Origin: an uncultured candidate division Zixibacteria bacterium
GTDB lineage: Bacteria > Zixibacteria > MSB-5A5 > GN15 > PGXB01
Length of the DNA: 64,000 nucleotides
Direction of reading: 5' to 3'
Assembly (NCBI GenBank): GCA_963702205.1
Contig: OY969724.1
Span: 3,200,001-3,264,000, forward strand
The notes beneath the pieces are model-generated. The model was not told where the DNA came from, ran no database searches, and saw only the letters and a list, made by a program, of their open reading frames with translations. The stretch's first letter is position 1. Each line of letters begins with the position of its first letter. Made by a program: the position numbers and the translations under genes. This document shows positions 18,621-28,390 of this stretch, piece after piece.

Positions 18621-20954
18621 TTATTGTACTACTTCTTTTGTCTCATGGGATGTTTCGACGACAAAATCCGGAAATATCTTTTTCCTCATGACGATGAAGA
18701 TCGAGGGCAACAGCAGCATGGTGACGGCTCCGGAGACAACCATGATCGCGAAGAAAAACGAGCCGACCGTGATGTATGGCACCAGCGAGGAGAAAAACAT
18801 CGGCACGAAACCGATGGCTATCACCAGCACGTTGCGCGAGATGGCCCGCGCCAGGCCCTCGAACATTTCGGGGAAGGTTTTCTTGAAGTCCCCCGTTTTG
18901 GCGTGAATGTATTTCGATCTCTGTATGAAATGGATGGCGAAGTCGATGGACAGCCCCAGCGTCAGCGACGACAGCACCGCCACCGGCATATCGTACGGTT
19001 TCCCGATATAACCGATCGCGCCGTAAATCGCCATAATCGTGATGCTCAAAGGCAGCATCGAAATGAATCCGAGCAGGATCGAACGGAAGAGGAAGATCAT
19101 CATGATGAAAACGACCAGGAACGAACTCAGCAGAGCCGAGCGCATACCGCCGACCATCTTCTCCTGCCAGACGACGTTTATGTAAGGCAATCCCGCCCAG
19201 TTCATGGTCAGGTGCTGCGGCGGCGGATTTTCCGCGAAGTACCGCCTGGCATCGTCGACAACCGATACGACCGACTGGTTGTCGCCTTCGCGCAATTGAA
19301 CCCAGAGATTGAGCTTGTCATAATCGGTGGTGACGAATTTGTAAAGATCATCGGGATTGCCGCCAGAAATTTCGAACAGGAACAGGTCCTGAGCGACCTC
19401 GTTTTGATTGTCCGGGATGGCGAACTTGGAGGGTTCGCGGTTGAAAAGCTCGTAGCGCACCTTCTTGACAATGTCGGTCAGTCCCGTCGTGCCCCCGACC
19501 ACACGGTTGTTCTCGAGTGCGCGTTGGAATTTTTCGATGTATTTCAAAGTCGCGGGGTCTTTGAAACCGTCGACGTCATCGCTTTCGAATACGAGGTAGT
19601 TCATGTACGTCCCGGCCAGGTGCTTGTTCAATTGCACGTCGGCAACGCGCAGAGGATTGTCTTTCTTGAACCATTTGACCGGATTGTCGTTGACCTTAAT
19701 CATATTCAGACCAATCGCGGCCACGACAATAATGATGGCCGAACCGGCCAGAATGAGTTTGTAATATTTTTTATTTATGTCGCGAAAGACGTGCATCAGC
19801 CGCGAAAGAGGACCGCTTTCATCTTCCGTCCGTCCGAAATTGCGCAGGGTCTTATCCGAAATGAGAACCGCAAAAGCCGGGTTAAACGTGATGGACAACA
19901 GCCACGCGATGAGGATTCCAAACGCCACGAAAATACCGAACACCCGCACTGGTGGAATCGGCGTCAGAGCCAGTGACAGAAAACCGACAATGGTCGTCAC
20001 CGACGTAAACAACAGTGGGACAAACAGGTCGGATATGGTATTGCGGATGGTCGTGCTTTTATGTTTGTACTTCTGATACCGGTCGTGAAATTCGGATATA
20101 ATGTGAATCGAATTCAACACGGCGATCGGTATCAGGAAGATTGGAATCATCGAGCTCATTATATGGACCGTGTTGCCGGTCATGATCAGCAGACCCATCG
20201 CCCAGATAACCGATACGACCGCGACGATCATTGGCGCCAGGACGATTTTGAAATTCCTGAAGAACATCAGCATCAGCAGGAATATGATCAATCCGGCCAT
20301 CGGCGCGCTGATCGCCATCTGTTTGAACATCTCTGCCCCGAAACTGTCCTCGGCCACCGGCAGACCGGCGATAAAATACTTTTCGCCGGTCGAATGACGT
20401 TCCGTGATTTCCTTTATTTGAGTGGCGATACGATAGGACATATCCTTGGACTCGATGGGGATGAACATGGCGATGGCTTTGCCGTCGTCCGACGCTAGCT
20501 TGCCCTTAAGTATCGGATTGTCTTTGATCCGGTTCAAAATGAACTGGGCCTGAGCGTTGTCCTTTGGCTCGCTTTCGAGAAGTTTGTGAACCGTCAGGAC
20601 ACCGTCGACCTGTATGATATCGTCGACCGTCGAAGGCGCGAGGATATCATCGACAATAACTCCGTCGATTTTGGAAATGTCTTCTACTATCTTATATATA
20701 TTGGTCAGCTGTTCTTTGGTGAAGGCGCCTTTCTCATTGACGACTCCGATCGCGATAAAATCATGAATCGCGAAATCCTCTTTGGTTTGCTGGTCAAACA
20801 GGCGCACCGGTTCATTGGCTTCCAGCATGTTTTCCGGATCCGTATCGATTTTAATATTAGGCAGTTGGGCCGCGAAAAAGGCCGTAATCAGAATTACCCC
20901 TACAATAACTGCCCAGGGGTGGTCGATAGAAAATTCCGTAAAAAACCTTTTCAT
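18621..20954 (-). CDS. RND superfamily MMPL-type exporter
   Basis: Two MMPL halves; TSVTTIVGF; GLSIDFAIH; SD before ATG 20954. Confidence 0.92.
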   Translation of the reverse strand: MKRFFTEFSIDHPWAVIVGVILITAFFAAQLPNIKIDTDPENMLEANEPVRLFDQQTKEDFAIHDFIAIGVVNEKGAFTKEQLTNIYKIVEDISKIDGVIVDDILAPSTVDDIIQVDGVLTVHKLLESEPKDNAQAQFILNRIKDNPILKGKLASDDGKAIAMFIPIESKDMSYRIATQIKEITERHSTGEKYFIAGLPVAEDSFGAEMFKQMAISAPMAGLIIFLLMLMFFRNFKIVLAPMIVAVVSVIWAMGLLIMTGNTVHIMSSMIPIFLIPIAVLNSIHIISEFHDRYQKYKHKSTTIRNTISDLFVPLLFTSVTTIVGFLSLALTPIPPVRVFGIFVAFGILIAWLLSITFNPAFAVLISDKTLRNFGRTEDESGPLSRLMHVFRDINKKYYKLILAGSAIIIVVAAIGLNMIKVNDNPVKWFKKDNPLRVADVQLNKHLAGTYMNYLVFESDDVDGFKDPATLKYIEKFQRALENNRVVGGTTGLTDIVKKVRYELFNREPSKFAIPDNQNEVAQDLFLFEISGGNPDDLYKFVTTDYDKLNLWVQLREGDNQSVVSVVDDARRYFAENPPPQHLTMNWAGLPYINVVWQEKMVGGMRSALLSSFLVVFIMMIFLFRSILLGFISMLPLSITIMAIYGAIGYIGKPYDMPVAVLSSLTLGLSIDFAIHFIQRSKYIHAKTGDFKKTFPEMFEGLARAISRNVLVIAIGFVPMFFSSLVPYITVGSFFFAIMVVSGAVTMLLLPSIFIVMRKKIFPDFVVETSHETKEVVQ

Positions 20955-20992
20955 TAGTCCTTTCCTTTCCAATTTTAAATGACTATTACCCT

Positions 20993-21022
20993 TTAGATAG
21001 AATATGGACTAAAACGATTCAA
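20993..21022 (-). promoter_or_regulatory. Putative ECF promoter TTGAATCGTTT-N13-ATCTAA for the MMPL operon
   Basis: Same motif and spacing as 21924-21953 upstream of the ECF sigma. Confidence 0.7.
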
Positions 21023-21101
21023 TTTTTTATGATTTTTATCGCCGAATACAAGTTATTGCTAAATAATGAGTTGAAATGGACAGGGGGTTGTGGAGGTCCG
21101 G

Positions 21102-21350
21102 CTATTTCTTGCCGAATTTTTTCTCCCAGCGCTGTTTGAGGGCGCTGTTGAGCTTGGATTCGATCTCCGGAGGGAGACTTTCCTTCTTGCCTTCGCGGCA
21201 AAGGACGACCGTCTGCTTGAGCGAATCGACCATTATGCGGCAGTTGTTGCAGGTCTTGAGATGTTCCTCGAGCTGGGCGCACAAGGTCTCGTCGATTTCG
21301 CCGTCGATATAGTCGGCGATGTCCTGTATGTATTTGCTACACGATTTCAC
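21102..21350 (-). CDS. Soluble zf-HC2 anti-sigma factor
   Basis: C..Y...IADYIDGE...EEHLKTCNNC; overlaps the sigma stop. Confidence 0.88.
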   Translation of the reverse strand: MKSCSKYIQDIADYIDGEIDETLCAQLEEHLKTCNNCRIMVDSLKQTVVLCREGKKESLPPEIESKLNSALKQRWEKKFGKK

Positions 21351-21924
21351 TTTTGCGTTCCCGGAATGAATCGGTCAAAGTCTCGCGAATTGCCAGTCGA
21401 GCCCGGAGAATTCGCGATTTGGCGGCCGGTAATGAAATTTTCAGCATCCTGGCGATATCTTTAACCGGCATATCTTCCATATATCTTAGGACGAACGGGA
21501 CGCTGTAGAGCTGGGGCATCTCGGCCAGGGCGGCCTCGATAATTTCGCTTATCTGCTTTTGTTCAAACAGCTCGTGCGGGTCGCCCCAGTCGAAAAGCTG
21601 CTGGCTGGCTTCACCGTGGCCGCCCGACGGCAAGTATTCTTCGATCGGCTTGAGCGGCATCTTGTTGTCCTCTACGGCCCGGGCCCTGAATGTGTTCAAA
21701 GCTATCGTATACAGCCAGGTCCCGAACGAGGCTTCCATGCGGAACTTGTCAATGTTATCCACAGCTTTCAAGAACGTTTCCTGCAAAATATCTTCAGCGT
21801 CTTCTTTATTTCCGGACAGCTTCAACGCCAGCCGGAATATTTTATCCTTGTGGGCTTTAATCAGGCGGTTGAAGGCATCGAAATCGCCCGACTGCGCCCG
21901 TTCTATTAATTTTCTCTCATCCAT
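21337..21924 (-). CDS. ECF sigma-70 factor
   Basis: LIERAQSGD..AF, DAEDILQETF, FGTWLYTIA, AAKSRILRAR; start position uncertain. Confidence 0.92.
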   Translation of the reverse strand: MDERKLIERAQSGDFDAFNRLIKAHKDKIFRLALKLSGNKEDAEDILQETFLKAVDNIDKFRMEASFGTWLYTIALNTFRARAVEDNKMPLKPIEEYLPSGGHGEASQQLFDWGDPHELFEQKQISEIIEAALAEMPQLYSVPFVLRYMEDMPVKDIARMLKISLPAAKSRILRARLAIRETLTDSFRERKSEIV

Positions 21925-21953
21925 TAGATCGTAATATAGTCCAAACGATTCAA
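21924..21953 (-). promoter_or_regulatory. Putative autoregulatory ECF promoter TTGAATCGTTT-N13-ATCTAA
   Basis: Direct match to 20993-21022. Confidence 0.65.
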
Positions 21954-22664
21954 AAAAACAATTTGGCATATTATTATTGACCAATCTTAGCACTATTTAT
22001 TATTATTTCGATATCATGCAAATTAAAAGAGGGCTTTTCAAAGCAAAGTAAAATATGTCATCGGCAAATCGTGATATAATTAAGAAACAATATAAAGACC
22101 GTGAAAAAGCACTAAATAATATATTGGATTCAACTGCGCCCAGAAAATTAATCGTCGCCGGACCAGGCACAGGAAAAACCTACACTTTTAAAAGGCTACT
22201 GGTTAAGAGTGAGTCTACAAATAATCTCGCAATGACATTTATCAACAATCTCGTAGCCGATATGGAAGTGACATTGGACAATTACGCCGAAGTTAAGACA
22301 TTACATAGATTCTGTACATGGGTTTTGCATAATATAGTAGGCGATTTTGATATTGTTGCATATTTGGACAAGATAATTAGCAAAGATTCGGAATTCATTG
22401 GTCATTATTGTCAAGATTTTCCTTCATATATTCGATCTCTAGATGAATCTAATGGCTATATAAATTTCTTTATAAAAAGAGGTGATTATTATAATGCATT
22501 CGCTTTTGATGACACAGTGTATCGTTTATTAATTCGTGCCAGAAATAATCCCAGTATTATCCCTCGATTTTCTCAAATTGTAATCGACGAGTTTCAGGAT
22601 TTTAATTTGTTAGAAGTTGAATTTATAAAGATATTGGAAAAGCGAGGCAATATTCTAATAGCCG

Positions 22665-23982
22665 GCGCGTGTAAATATTTTTGTGTAAGTGGCCATGACG
22701 TATATATAGTTGAAGGAGGTATATCATGGCCAAGAAACGTGACGAAGCTGACAAACTGATCGACGAGATGATCGCCGGCAAGACGCCGGAAGAGATAGTG
22801 GGTGAGGGCGGTCTTCTGCAGGCGCTCACGAAACGGGTGTATGAGCGCGCCCTCGCAGGTGAGATGACGCATCACTTGGGCTATCCGCCCAATGCTCCCG
22901 AAGGCAAAAACAGCGGCAACTCTCGCAACGGCAAAACCAGCAAGACGGTCAAGACCGGGTCGGCAGATGTTACGCTGGAGATTCCGCGGGACCGGAACGG
23001 CGAGTTCGAGCCGCAGTTGGTTAAAAAGCACCAGCGGCGCCTGCCCGGTTTCGACGACAAGGTGTTGGCGCTGTACGCTCGGGGTTTGACGACGCGGGAT
23101 ATCCAGGGTCATCTTGAGGAGATGTACCAGTCGGAGGTTTCCCCGGCCTTGATTTCGGCGGTGACGGACGCCGTGCTTCAGGAGGTGACGGTGTGGCAGA
23201 GTCGGCCGCTGGAGGCGGTCTACCCGATCGTCTATCTGGACGCCATCCACCTGAAGCTTCGTCAGAGCGGCCAGGTCAAAAACCAGGCGGTCTATTTGGC
23301 CTTGGGGATCACGCCGGAGGGTTACAAGGAACTCTTGGGTTTGTGGGTCGGCGATCAGGAGGGTTCGAAGTTCTGGCTGTCGGTGCTGACGGAGCTTAAG
23401 AACCGGGGCGTTCGGGACATCCTGATTGCCTGTGTCGATGGTCTGACGGGGTTCCCTGATGCGATTGAGACGGCCTTTCCGCAGACCCAGGTGCAGTTAT
23501 GTCTCGTGCACATGGTGCGCAACTCGCTGAAGTATGTCGGTTGGAAAGAGCGCAAGGCGGTCGCGGCCGATCTCAAGACGATCTACTCGGCGCCCAACGA
23601 AGAAGCCGCCGAGCAGGCCCTGACGGCGTTCGAGGCCACATACCGGGACCGTTTCCCGCAGATCGCCCGCTCATGGCGGTCCTGCTGGATGAACATCATC
23701 CCGTTTTTTAGCTACCCCAAAGAGATTCGAAAGGTTATCTATACGACCAACGCCATCGAGTCGATGAATGCTCAGTTGCGCAAGGTGACGCGGAATCGCG
23801 GCTCGTTCCCGACGGTGGAATCAGTCAGAAAGGTGATCTACCTGGCGATACAAAGAATCTCGAAAAAATGGAAGCGTCCGATCAAGGACTGGGTGGCGGC
23901 CCTTAATCACTTCTGCATCGTCTTCGAGGGAAGGATCGAAAACACATGAACCGGCCGCTTACACAAAATTCCGTACACTCCC
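22665..23982 (+). mobile_element. IS256-family insertion sequence, 1318 bp
   Basis: 30-bp imperfect IRs (22665-22694 and 23953-23982); 8-bp TSD AATAGCCG at 22657-22664 and 23983-23990. Confidence 0.95.
22726..23949 (+). CDS. IS256-family (Mutator-type DDE) transposase
   Basis: NSRNG, IPRDRNGEFEP, YLDAI, CVDGL.GF, QLCLVH, YTTNAIES. Confidence 0.97.
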   Translation: MAKKRDEADKLIDEMIAGKTPEEIVGEGGLLQALTKRVYERALAGEMTHHLGYPPNAPEGKNSGNSRNGKTSKTVKTGSADVTLEIPRDRNGEFEPQLVKKHQRRLPGFDDKVLALYARGLTTRDIQGHLEEMYQSEVSPALISAVTDAVLQEVTVWQSRPLEAVYPIVYLDAIHLKLRQSGQVKNQAVYLALGITPEGYKELLGLWVGDQEGSKFWLSVLTELKNRGVRDILIACVDGLTGFPDAIETAFPQTQVQLCLVHMVRNSLKYVGWKERKAVAADLKTIYSAPNEEAAEQALTAFEATYRDRFPQIARSWRSCWMNIIPFFSYPKEIRKVIYTTNAIESMNAQLRKVTRNRGSFPTVESVRKVIYLAIQRISKKWKRPIKDWVAALNHFCIVFEGRIENT

Positions 23983-25130
23983 AATAGCCGGTGATGATGA
24001 CCAAGCTATATATTCCAAAAGGCAATCTGATCCTAAATATTTGCGGGATTTCTTCAATTCTGGGCGCTATGACCGATTTACTCTTCCGTTTTGTTCGCGT
24101 TGCCCATCTGCCGTTATAAACGCCACAAATAATATGCTCAGCATAGCTCAAGAGCGCGGCATGCTTAAATCCCGAATAAGCAAACCATTCGAATGCTTTT
24201 TGGATGAAAAATTAACAGATGACGAGAAATATCCTGATATTATTACAGCTCATTGCAGCACGGCCGCAACAATAGCCAAGTACATTGTAAGAGAAATACA
24301 AAATATCGATGAAAATGACATATTCGCTTCAAAAATAGCAAGCAACGAATATCCTACGGTTTTAGTTGTAGGCCAAAAACAATATTTAAATATAATCGAA
24401 AAGAAACTTAAAAAGCACTTTACGGGCGTCAAGCGCAATACCAGCGATGAGATAAGCTATGATATTTCTAATGGTTATGACATATTAATTGACAACAATA
24501 ATTCAAATTTGGGTTGGCGAATTATCGCGGAATTTATATTGAGCTCGAGAGATTTTAAATTTGCTTTATCTCGTACCACTGATGGCACACCGATGAATGA
24601 AATACTTACAAGGAGTATTATTTACAATCAAAACAACATAATTAACATGTTGAATGAGGCTAGGATTAATTCAAAGATGACCAATCAAATGAAATACGAT
24701 TTAACACTCTTAATTCCGGAACACGCTGATGCAATAATAAATGCCTTCGATACAAGGGATACTGCATCTCCAAAAGATGAGATCAATGACAACGATCCAA
24801 CAATAATGCTAACAACTTTTGAAGGATGCAAAGGTTTATCGGCTGGACATGTATTTATAGTGGGAATGAATAATAATGAATTGCCAAAGAATCCTGGAAA
24901 TGTAACTGATATAGAGTTGTCGAGGTTTATCGTAGCTATGACACGAACTAGGAATTGTTGTCATATATTATCAAATAAGTATTTTGTATTCGATTCCAAA
25001 CAAAATAAATTCCCTCCTCCTAATTACCGTTCAATATTCATAAATTGGATACCACCAGAACATTTAAATGATTTAGGACAACTTAAGGCGGGCAATATTA
25101 GTATTGTATAGTAAATCAAGTAATTAGAAT

Positions 25131-26087
25131 ATGAACAATACAGACTCAATAATCATCGGTATCAGCGCCTGTCTGCTGGGGCAGAAAGTACGGTTCGATG
25201 CCGGACATAAATGGGATCGCTATATCACCGACGTTCTGTGCAAATATTTTAAATTCGTCCCGGTCTGCCCCGAAGTCGAAGCGGGCATGACCACCCCTCG
25301 CGAAGCAGTGAACCTTATCGGAAGTACGGCAAACCCGCGTATGGTGGGAGTAAAATCCGGTGAAGACTGGACCGCGCGCATGATTCGATACTCGAACAAA
25401 CGCGTCAGACTTCTCGAACAAGACAAGCTTTCCGGCTATATCCTCAAAAAAGATTCGCCGAGCTGCGGACTGGAGCGGGTACGAGTGTACGGTGGTAAAG
25501 GGGTTCCATCGCGAAGCGGACGCGGACTGTTTGCATCGGCTCTGATCGACCGCTTCCCTCTGCTCCCGGTCGAAGAGGAAGGCCGTCTGCAGGACGCTCG
25601 ACTTCGCGAAAATTTCATCGTCCGGGTCTTTTCTTATAAATGTCTGCAGGATTTATTCTCGTCACCGTACAAGCGCGGAGAACTCGTCGCTTTTCATGCG
25701 CGGCACAAGTACCTGCTCATGGCCCACAGTGTAACTCACTATCGCCAGCTGGGACTACTGGTGGCGGGCATAAAACGATATAAGTCGGCCGAATTCAAGG
25801 ACAAGTACAGCCGGCTCTTCATGGATGCCCTGGCGGTCAAGACGACACCGCGCAAGAATGTTAATGTATTGCAGCATATACTGGGATATCTTAAGAAAAA
25901 CCTCGATGCCTCAGAGAAAAAGTACATTCTAAGCGTAATTGATGATTATCATAAAGAGTTGGTGCCGCTGATTGTGCCGATAACTCTGATACGCCACTAT
26001 ATCGAGAAGTTCAACGTTGAGTATATCCGCGACCAGGTCTATTTGAATCCGCATACCAAAGAGCTGATGCTCCGCAATCACGTTTGA
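25131..26087 (+). CDS. DUF523 + DUF1722 (YbgA-like) protein
   Basis: GISACLLG..VRFD.GH, PVCPE, SPSCG, EEEGRL, FHARHKYLLMAH. Confidence 0.92.
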   Translation: MNNTDSIIIGISACLLGQKVRFDAGHKWDRYITDVLCKYFKFVPVCPEVEAGMTTPREAVNLIGSTANPRMVGVKSGEDWTARMIRYSNKRVRLLEQDKLSGYILKKDSPSCGLERVRVYGGKGVPSRSGRGLFASALIDRFPLLPVEEEGRLQDARLRENFIVRVFSYKCLQDLFSSPYKRGELVAFHARHKYLLMAHSVTHYRQLGLLVAGIKRYKSAEFKDKYSRLFMDALAVKTTPRKNVNVLQHILGYLKKNLDASEKKYILSVIDDYHKELVPLIVPITLIRHYIEKFNVEYIRDQVYLNPHTKELMLRNHV

Positions 26088-26109
26088 TCATTATATCGAA
26101 TAAGGCCGA

Positions 26110-28311
26110 TTATTGCGGGCAATCGGGTGATGCCCCCGGCGGATCGTTATACAAATAAGCTATTAAATACAGAATATCTATCAGGTCGATATGTCCCCAG
26201 CCGGAGGAACCGTCGAGATCGCCGGAGTTGTACGGGTTCGGTTCGGGACCGAGTGGCGATCCATATACGAAGTCAATCAGATATAATATGTCGATAAGGT
26301 TGACGGCGTCATCACTGTTGACGTCACCGCAAATATAAAAGTCAGGCAGCCGCACCACGATCGAATCCAATGTAGAAAACTCGCTCCACTGGCTGTCGGC
26401 ATCCATGGCCCTGACACGATAATAGTACACACCATTGGTCCGGGCGGATACAGATTCCGTAGTATCGATAAGAGATGAAGAAATAGTCCGGCTTGAGTCA
26501 AATGTCTGCACCGGCCATAAATCATCGATTCTGATTCCTGCCCCGGCTTCGGCTACGTGAAAGTCACGATAACTGATTCGTATATGCACCTCCTGCCCGA
26601 CGAAATCCGCCAGATCAAACTGCCCCGGCACCCAGAACCCGGCCGTGGTGCCCGTGATACCGTGGCCACGGTTGTATCCCTGGGGATTGCTGTCAGTCGT
26701 AATATTCCCGGCAATCGGCGCGAAATTAAAGCCGTCGGTCGAGATTTCGACATAAGCGTAGTCCACGTCATTATTAAGCACGTAATGAGCCCAGAATTTC
26801 AAGGTGTCCCCCGCCCTGACCCTGTACGGTGCAATTGTCTGATAATACCTTTCGATGGTCGTGGCCGGTCCGGAATAGGAACACAACGTCCCCATAAATC
26901 CCACGCCCGTCTGAGAAAATCCGTAATTGTCGAAATTATCATAAGTATTCAGAGAATCCATAATCAGGATTGGGTTGGTATATTCTATCAATTCGTACGC
27001 TTTGGGTGGATTATTCGAATCGTTGCACTGCCAGTCTATCTGGTACGACCCGGTCTTGCTGGTATCCGGTACAGCCAGTTCAGGTGGGTTTGGCGGCAGG
27101 GCACGATTGATATTGTCCGATATATCAGTCAGATACAAAGCAACCGGAAGATTTTCGTTAACCAGCGGGAGAATCCTGTCTTCGGCCGGCCAGAATCCAT
27201 CGGCCGCTTCCCCAACCTCGATGGTGAAGGAAGGCACCCGGCCTTTTGTTGTCGTATCCCCGTAGCACCAATCGTCGCAGCACCCATTGGTCGGATACAG
27301 CGCCCAGCCCGGGCCGGGATAATAATGATTCCGGGCATTGACGGCCCTGCCGACGGCGGTGAAAGTGCTGTCATCGTCGCAGTACGACCCGATCTGGTAC
27401 GACCAGGGATACAGCACCAGATCCGCAAAGGAATGAAAATTGACGACCAGGTTAAAATCACCGTTGACGATAAAATCGCGAAGCGCCTGAGTCTCGGGCT
27501 CGGAAAAGGCCCCAGTCCCGCGATAGGTTTCATCCCCGCCGTCGGGTGACGACCCGATATCATCGTAGCCCCATAAATATCCGAAATTCCGATTCAGGTC
27601 GACACCGTATGTGCCGTCGCCGTTGTCCCGGCGATTTTTGCGCCACAGCCCGCCGCCCCAGGGATCGGTCACCCCATTGTAATAATACCCGTCGGGATTT
27701 ACCACCGGCACGAACCATATTTCGCGATTGTCGACCAGATACGTAACCTCCGAATCGAGACCATAATTTTCCGTAAGATAATTCATATAATTAAGGAGAA
27801 TCTCCGGCGTGATGACTTCACGGGCGTGGGTGGCGGCCGTGAACAGGATTTTCGGTTCATTTTCGCCGACCAGTGGATTGTCGGATACCTTGTATACCGG
27901 GATATTTCGCCCCTCGAGAGTTTGGCCAATACTGCCGTACGGTGCAACAATCTCAGGGTGACCGGCGGCGATCGCGGCCAGGCTGATTTCTATTTCGGCC
28001 AGGGTTTTATAGCCGCCCATTGTTTTCTCAGACAGCCGGGATTTATAGAATTCTTCGAGATTTTTATGAATTACTTCGTAATCGAAGCCGAGCTGAGCGA
28101 GAATATCCAAGTCACTTGAGTCGGCGATCAGGTCGACCGATCTTTGGCCCATCTGGATTATATCAAAATGATGCGATATTAGCGACAGGCGTTGATTGTC
28201 ATTATCATACTTGACTCGGACCTGACTGTGAACAGGCCTCTCGACACCTGCAATTGCCGCTGCCGGAATTAGAAGCAGCAACAGGGAAGTGATGATACTT
28301 CTTGCATTCAT
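26110..28311 (-). CDS. Secreted M14 zinc carboxypeptidase (carboxypeptidase T-like) with InhA-like beta-sandwich and C-terminal dockerin-like domain
   Basis: HARE, NPDG, WRKNR, GVDLNRN, FSEPET, HSF motifs; DYAYVEISTDG; tail CGDVNSDDAVNLIDILYLIDFVY. Confidence 0.9.
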   Translation of the reverse strand: MNARSIITSLLLLLIPAAAIAGVERPVHSQVRVKYDNDNQRLSLISHHFDIIQMGQRSVDLIADSSDLDILAQLGFDYEVIHKNLEEFYKSRLSEKTMGGYKTLAEIEISLAAIAAGHPEIVAPYGSIGQTLEGRNIPVYKVSDNPLVGENEPKILFTAATHAREVITPEILLNYMNYLTENYGLDSEVTYLVDNREIWFVPVVNPDGYYYNGVTDPWGGGLWRKNRRDNGDGTYGVDLNRNFGYLWGYDDIGSSPDGGDETYRGTGAFSEPETQALRDFIVNGDFNLVVNFHSFADLVLYPWSYQIGSYCDDDSTFTAVGRAVNARNHYYPGPGWALYPTNGCCDDWCYGDTTTKGRVPSFTIEVGEAADGFWPAEDRILPLVNENLPVALYLTDISDNINRALPPNPPELAVPDTSKTGSYQIDWQCNDSNNPPKAYELIEYTNPILIMDSLNTYDNFDNYGFSQTGVGFMGTLCSYSGPATTIERYYQTIAPYRVRAGDTLKFWAHYVLNNDVDYAYVEISTDGFNFAPIAGNITTDSNPQGYNRGHGITGTTAGFWVPGQFDLADFVGQEVHIRISYRDFHVAEAGAGIRIDDLWPVQTFDSSRTISSSLIDTTESVSARTNGVYYYRVRAMDADSQWSEFSTLDSIVVRLPDFYICGDVNSDDAVNLIDILYLIDFVYGSPLGPEPNPYNSGDLDGSSGWGHIDLIDILYLIAYLYNDPPGASPDCPQ

Positions 28312-28390
28312 AGTCTTGATCCCAACCCGCAATCTACCCCGGATCGATAATCAATCTACGATATATTATATCGGCCTTTACGCCGCAGAC

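Larger units (their letters stand above)
22055..25111 (+). pseudogene. UvrD/Rep-like SF1 helicase interrupted by IS256 (576 aa when reconstructed)
   Basis: AGPGTGKT, KTLH, IDEFQDF. Removing the IS and one TSD restores ILIAGDDDQAIY. C-terminal TTFEGCKGL and VAMTRTR. Confidence 0.9.

Noticed and set aside
18489..19976. 495-aa plus-strand ORF, and similar long antisense ORFs (17783-18691, 26557-27549, 39100-40134, 53994-54917)
   Set aside because: Antisense shadows of well-supported genes with biased third positions; no recognisable motifs.
22055..22759. 234-aa and 356-aa (24041-25111) ORFs as two separate genes
   Set aside because: They are two halves of one helicase; the first ORF's tail reads into the IS left end.
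22055..26087. Calling a complete Gabija system
   Set aside because: No GajA-like OLD/TOPRIM nuclease is adjacent; the downstream gene is an ordinary DUF523/DUF1722 protein with host-like composition.
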